Below, in pieces: positions 56,611-64,000 of a stretch of 64,000 bases of DNA. A model generated the notes under the pieces. It saw only the letters and a program-made list of their open reading frames with translations, did not search any database and was not told where the DNA came from. Made by a program: the position numbers and the translations under genes. Every line of letters begins with the position of its first letter. Position 1 is the stretch's first letter. Source of the DNA: Eledone cirrhosa. Its lineage: Eukaryota. The stretch is taken from NCBI GenBank assembly GCA_964016885.1, contig OZ024747.1, positions 35,836,001 through 35,900,000 on the forward strand, in the 5' to 3' direction.

Positions 56611-56800
56611 GATAAATTAATAAAAACAATGAATAAAAACAAAGAAACAGTTCCTTATATTAAAAAATTCATCATTTTACGATCGTTTCTACGATATATA
56701 TGTGTGCGTTGGTATGTATATCATATAGATCTATGTAAAAATGTTACAAACTATCAGGGGAAATATACATACCTACACATATATATATGCTGTCTTCAGC
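56611..56800 (-). mobile_element. Family A-related 3' end with long-stem-II HHR, ending just 5' of the core
   Basis: Minus strand g-CTGAAGA-cagc...GAAAC-gatc-GTA-aaatgatgaa. Confidence 0.8.
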
Positions 56801-57045
56801 ATATATACATTACGGAAACTGATGAAGTGTGGTTTATATGTAGTTAGTTTTTTTTATTGTGGTATCGTCGTGTTTCGTGCGTTCATCTTATTGCGAATTA
56901 CATTTAACCTTACACATGCAGAATCTCCCATCAATTGAAGAATAAATGGAATTCAGAATAACTAATTTCTATATTACATGTTTTGCTGTCTTCTAATATA
57001 TAAGGACTGTTTTCATTCCCGGGCAAAGCCGGGTACTTCTGTTTC

Positions 57046-57087
<42 letters not shown>

Positions 57088-57297
57088 CATATATATATAC
57101 ATATATTTCTGGTGTTGGGGTATGCGTATGTACATAGTTGTGCGTGTTTGCACGTGTTTGTGGTTTGTAAGTGTATATGTGTGTTTCTTGATACATCTGA
57201 TTGTTAATACCACCATATTTTATTGAATGTATTTTATGGTTTGATTAAGCCTATTTACAATTAGATATGCTACAGATCAATAGGAAAGTATGGATAC

Positions 57298-57363
57298 TGA
57301 TCAAAGACTGCCAGTTTCTTGAGAAAGGCTTCCAGTCACTATATATGGCTTCATTAGTTCAAC
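57298..57363 (-). ncRNA. Degenerate hammerhead-like motif
   Basis: gttgaa-CTAATGA-...-GAAAC-tggca-GTC-tttgat. Confidence 0.5.
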
Positions 57364-57439
57364 CATTCTTTTGTGATTTCGCTTTGTAATCAGGTATGTT
57401 TGTTCATTGTTGTTACACATAAACATTATCATTATATAT

Positions 57440-57547
<108 letters not shown>

Positions 57548-57591
57548 GCGTGCGTGTCTGTATTGTTGTGATAAATATACATTCCTAATTT

Positions 57592-57685
<94 letters not shown>

Positions 57686-57795
57686 TATATATATACATAT
57701 ATATATATCCGTGTGTGGTTGACGACTGAAATAAATGTATACTCAATACTAAAGTAAAGATTTAATATTCATTTCATTATAGCTAGATAGTGGGG

Positions 57796-57843
57796 TTTGT
57801 TACGGCGGAATTTCGACTATTTATTACCAGGTCTTCAGACACC
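57796..57843 (-). ncRNA. Candidate hammerhead in a ~160-bp TA-flanked insert
   Basis: tgt-CTGAAGA-cctggtaataaatagtc-GAAA-ttccgccg-TA-aca. Confidence 0.55.
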
Positions 57844-57867
57844 AACTGTTGACAACGTCTGATATGT

Positions 57868-57913
<46 letters not shown>

Positions 57914-57919
<6 letters not shown>

Positions 57920-58310
57920 ATACTTTGGGAGGGTCATATTGCCAATAAGAAACACACGCACCAGTTGCTCACTTCAATTTATTATGTGTAACAACACACA
58001 CAAAAACAAGATGGCGTAGGACAGAACAAAGTAGAGGCACAAAAACAAAGAAAAGAATCCCTGTCACTGAAGAGTTCATAGAATGTGTGACTAAAGAACT
58101 TTGACAATATATGAACAATCGTCTTGTTGTGGGACCAACCAACCGGGAATTTATAAATTCCTAAATTTATATATTTAATTTATAATAAATTGAAGTGAAA
58201 ACACTGGTGCGTGTGTTTCTTATTGGCAACATGACCCTTCCAAAGTATAACAATATCGGTTTCAACACACGTTTTCAGATAAAGAATGTTGCTAAACAAA
58301 TTCAGAAACG

Positions 58311-58312
<2 letters not shown>
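57914..58312 (+). mobile_element. Family H element with ~72-bp inverted 5' arm, HHR-like motif 58062-58106
   Basis: 57914-57985 is inverted to 58182-58254. tgtca-CTGAAGA-...gtgac-TAAAG-aac-TT-tgaca. Confidence 0.82.
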
Positions 58313-58372
<60 letters not shown>

Positions 58373-58379
<7 letters not shown>

Positions 58380-59610
58380 TAAAAAAATAATGAATAAAAC
58401 AATGAAACAGTTCCTTATATTAAACAAAAAAAGTTCATTATTTAACGATCGTTTCTAGGATATATATGTGTTAGAATTGGCATGCATATTCAACAGATCT
58501 ATGTACAAAATTATACAAAATTATACAAACTATCAAAATTAAATATACATACCAAACACATATATATGCCGTCTTCAGAAATAATGAAATATATTTATTG
58601 ATAATAACAACAATTCAAAATTTCAGGTCCGTTTGGGAACAGAGTTCAAATTGACCAATGAAAATACAAAAAATTTTATGCAGTTAGGTGTGTGTATATA
58701 CATGTAATTAACTTCGTACACATATTTGCATAAAGATATATGTTCACATGCATACGCATGCCAAAAAGATGTATGTAAATACAAAAATTCAAGGCTAATG
58801 TCTCTGTAAGTTTATAATCTACAGATAAAATGCGTATAGACACATAAATATAAAATAAATGTATACACATATTCATATACTCACACATATTCGTACACTC
58901 ACACACACACGCGCGTATATGCATAAACATACACATAACTACGAACATACATACACACACATACCCCCACACACATATATATGTGTATATAGTATTATCA
59001 TAAGCATATGGACATTAATGCACGCACATAAACACTGCCACACATATTTAGATCAGGATACAGAAATTAGGTGGGAGGGGGGGAGAGGTCAGTATTCAAC
59101 GGTGTCTGCAGACTGCCTATCTATAAATGTATCTATAAACTTAGAAATAAAAAGAAAAAAGAAATATATCAAGAAAATATATATATATATATACACACAC
59201 ACACATACACACACACACACACATATACATATACATATATATATATACACATATATATACACATATATATACACACACATATATATATACATATACATAC
59301 ACATACATATATATATATACAAACAAGTAAAATATAAAATATACATCGATATACATACATATAGACATATAAATAAATACACACGCATACACACACATAC
59401 ATATACATACATATACATACACATATATACAAACACATACATACACATACATATACATACACATACCATATAAATACACATACACATACACACACGCATA
59501 CATATAGAGACACATACATATACACATATAAATACATAGACACATACACACATAAACACACACATATATATATATATATATATATTTTTACACACATATA
59601 CACATACACG

Positions 59611-59679
<69 letters not shown>

Positions 59680-59784
59680 TCACAACACACGTATATATAT
59701 ACACACATACACATACATATCCACATATAAATATATATATATATATAAATATATATATATACACACATACACACACATACACAT

Positions 59785-59869
<85 letters not shown>

Positions 59870-60037
59870 CATACACACACATACACATATACACACATAC
59901 ATATATACACACACACACACCTACACATACATACACATACACATATATAAAGATATATATACACACACACACACACACACATATAATAAATATATATATA
60001 TACATATATATATATACATACATATATATATACATAC

Positions 60038-60068
<31 letters not shown>

Positions 60069-61810
60069 CACATACACACATACACACATACATACATACA
60101 ACCACACATACATACACACACATACATACTCATACATAGACATAGATATATATTCACACACACATACGCACTTACATATACGCATATATACAAATACATA
60201 CACATCCATATATGCGTATATACATACAAACACCACTAAACGCTCACACAACTCAGACATACAAAGAAAAAGGTATATACATACATATATATACACACAT
60301 ACTCACATATATATGCGCACACATGTACACATATACACATACACACATATATACATAGACATATACATGTGCATACATGTACATACACACATATACCCAC
60401 ATAGATACAAAGATACACATATATATAGAGAGACATACATATACACACACATATATACACACACATATATACACATATATATATACATACACATATATAT
60501 ATATATATATATATACACACAATCATACACCCTTATTTGCATGCGCATATATGTATTTTTATACTCACATATAAACACCCAAACATACATACCTACCTAC
60601 ATATACATACATACATACACGCTTACAAATACAAATAATAATAGTAGGGGGGAAGGGGGGGGGGGGAGAAGGGGATTATAGTAAATATATGTTTCAAGAA
60701 ACATAGAATATTAATCTGCATTTAGATCACAATATGTGTTTACATAGTTTCAGTATTAGGAAATACAAGAAAGAAGGCAAAACTATGCATTTCAATATAA
60801 GTATACTATTAATTATAGGTTAACTAAACTAAAGATAATTAATATATTGATTTCTAAGGTGTAAATTACTTAGGTTTATAATATTTGAAGCAGAATTTTG
60901 AAGTTAAATAGTAGTAGAGTATTAATTATAGTATAACTAAATTAAAATTATTAACGTTATGGTATCAATATTAGGAAATGAATTTAGTAATAGGGAAAAA
61001 CCAAATAAAGTATTACATCGGTAGTAGAATATAAATTATAGGTTAACTAAATTAAAAATTATATATTAATTTCTATAGTATATGTTAATTAGGTATATAA
61101 TAATTAAAACAGATATTGTATATTATCAATAGTAGAATATAATTATAGGTAAACAGAAAGTAAAATTAATACATACACATATACATATACATACATATAT
61201 ATACACATATATATACATATATACACATACATATATATACCTAATTAACATATACTATAGAAATTAATATATAATTTTTAATTTAGTTAACCTATAATTT
61301 ATATTCTACTACCGATGTAATACTTTATTTGGTTTTTCCCTATTACTAAATTCATTTCCTAATATTGATACCATAACGTTAATAATTTTAATTTAGTTAT
61401 ACTATAATTAATACTCTACTACTATTTAACTTCAAAATTCTGCTTCAAATATTATAAACCTAAGTAATTTACACCTTAGAAATCAATATATTAACTATCT
61501 TTAGTTTAGTTAACCTATAATTAATGGTACACTTATATTGAAATGCATAGTTTTGCCTTCTTTCTTGTATTTCCTAATACTGAAACTATGTAAACACATA
61601 TTGTGATCTAAATGCAGATTAATATTGTATGTTTCTTGAAACATATATTTACTATAATCCCCTTCTCCCCCCCCCCCTTCCCCCCTACTATTATTATTTG
61701 TATTTGTAAGCGTGTATGTATGTATGTATATGTAGGTAGGTATGTATGTTTGGGTGTTTATATGTGAGTATAAAAATACATATATGCGCATGCAAATAAG
61801 GGTGTATGAT

Positions 61811-61869
<59 letters not shown>

Positions 61870-62264
61870 ATATATATGTGTATATATGTGTGTGTATATA
61901 TGTGTGTGTATATGTATGTCTCTCTATATATATGTGTATCTTTGTATCTATGTGGGTATATGTGTGTATGTACATGTATGCACATGTATATGTCTATGTA
62001 TATATGTGTGTATGTGTATATGTGTACATGTGTGCGCATATATATGTGAGTGTGTGTGTATATATATGTATGTCTATATATATATATATATATTATTGAT
62101 TATTATAATATATATATATATATATATATATGAAAATATGTATATATGTGTGTTTATATATATATATATATATATATTATATATTTGTAGTAGATGTGTG
62201 TATATGTATGTATATATATGTGTATGTGTATGTATGTGTATATATATGTATGTGTGTGTGTATA

Positions 62265-62313
<49 letters not shown>

Positions 62314-62601
62314 ATATGTATGTGTGTGCATATTTGTCTGACTGTGTGTATTAATTTATTTATTTTTTTATTTATCTTATTTCTTTATTTTTTTATATAT
62401 ATGTATGTGTATGTGTATGTATGTATGTATGTATGTGTGTGCATATGTGTATATATGTGTATGTGTATATGTATATATATATATATATAAATACATATGT
62501 ATATATATATATATATGTATGTGTGTGTTTGTGTGTGTGTATATATATATGTATGCGTGTATGTATGTGTATGTATGTGTGTTTATGTGTGTACGTGTGT
62601 G

Positions 62602-62633
<32 letters not shown>

Positions 62634-62884
62634 TGTATATGTATCTCTATTTATATGTGTATATATATGTATGTATATACCTTTTTCTTTGTATGTCTGA
62701 GTTGGGTGAGCGTTTAGTGGTGTTTGTATGTATATACGCATATATGGATGTGTATGTATTTGTATATATGCGTATATGTAAGTGCGTATGTGTGTGTGAA
62801 TATATATCTATGTCTATGTATGAGTATGTATGTGTGTGTATATATGTGTGGTTGTATGTATGTATGTGTGTATGTGTGTATGTG

Positions 62885-62917
<33 letters not shown>

Positions 62918-62934
62918 GTATGTATATATATATG

Positions 62935-62971
<37 letters not shown>

Positions 62972-63091
62972 TATATATGTGTGTGTGTGTGTGTGTATAT
63001 ATATCTTTATATATGTGTATGTATATGTATGTGTAGGTGTGTGTGTGTGTATATATGTATGTGTGTATATGTGTATGTGTGTGTATGTATG

Positions 63092-63166
<75 letters not shown>

Positions 63167-63271
63167 ATGTGTATGTGTGTGTATGTGTGTATATATATAT
63201 ATTTATATATATATATATATTTATATGTGGATATGTATGTGTATGTGTGTATATATATACGTGTGTTGTGA

Positions 63272-63318
<47 letters not shown>

Positions 63319-63688
63319 CGTGTATGTGTATATGTGTGTAAAAATATATATAAATATATATATATATATGTGTGTTTATGTGTGTATGTGTCTATGTATT
63401 TATATGTGTATATGTATGTGTCTCTATATGTATGCGTGTGTGTATGTGTATGTGTATTTATATGGTATGTGTATGTATATGTATGTGTATGTATGTGTTT
63501 GTATATATGTGTATGTATATGTATGTATATGTATGTGTGTGTATGCGTGTGTATTTATTTATATGTCTATATGTATGTATATCGATGTATATTTTATATT
63601 TTACTTGTTTGTATATATATATATGTATGTGTATGTATATGTATATATATATGCGTGTGTATATATATGTGTGTATATATGTGTATAT

Positions 63689-63720
<32 letters not shown>

Positions 63721-64000
63721 GTATATGTGTGTGTGTGTGTGTGTATGTGTGTGTGTATATATATATATATATATTTTCTTGATATATTTCTTTTTTCTTT
63801 TTATTTCTAAGTTTATAGATACATTTATAGATAGGCAGTCTGCAGACACCGTTGAATACTGACCTCTCCCCCCCTCACACCTAATTTCTGTATCCTGATC
63901 TAAATATGTGTGGCAATGTTTATGTGCGTGCATTAATGTCCATATGCTTATGATAATACTATATACACATATATATGTGTGTGGGGGTATGTGTGTGTAT
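58373..64000 (-). mobile_element. Giant ORF-less palindrome of a family A (Naiad) sister subfamily 3' region; runs off the right edge
   Basis: Left arm 58373-61099, spacer 61100-61233, right arm 61234-64000 (64000 pairs with ~58951). Unique segments align with 1010-1560 and 6350-7090. Confidence 0.92.
58434..58588 (-). ncRNA. Type I hammerhead with ~116-nt stem II (family A)
   Basis: ttcattattt-CTGAAGA-cggc...-GAAAC-gatc-GTT-aaataatgaa, with a perfect 10-bp stem I. Confidence 0.87.

Overview
AT-rich eukaryotic DNA saturated with (TA)n/(CA)n microsatellites and retroelements. The SINE and RTE families resemble those of Octopus (inference from memory, not a database match). I recognise no host gene, and almost all ORFs in the track are microsatellite artefacts. 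The dominant signal is a large set of Penelope-like elements (PLEs) and their pseudo-LTR (pLTR) derivatives, nearly all abutting (TA)n tracts and most folded back into inverted repeats. They include a young 5'-truncated Naiad-type element (RT + C-terminal GIY-YIG, 1977-3686) with ~2 kb near-identical inverted arms, a >5.6 kb ORF-less palindrome of a sister subfamily (58373-end), and further Naiad-, Neptune- and Poseidon-like fragments. By eye I find about 30 type I hammerhead ribozyme (HHR) motifs, intact or lightly mutated, from roughly 15 families. Several have unusually long stem II. Ribozyme structure appears to set the insertion ends: one insertion starts at the predicted cleavage site, and five copies of one family fold back inside stem II. 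Non-coding ~480-700 nt HHR-bearing or HHR-like tandem units look like PLE-mobilised retrozymes. Also present are a mariner relic, tRNA-derived SINEs, two RTE LINE 3' ends, an R4/Dong-like fragment and a cluster of Tx1/L1-like 3' ends in (ATT)n. All folds and alignments were done by eye, so coordinates are approximate to a few bases.
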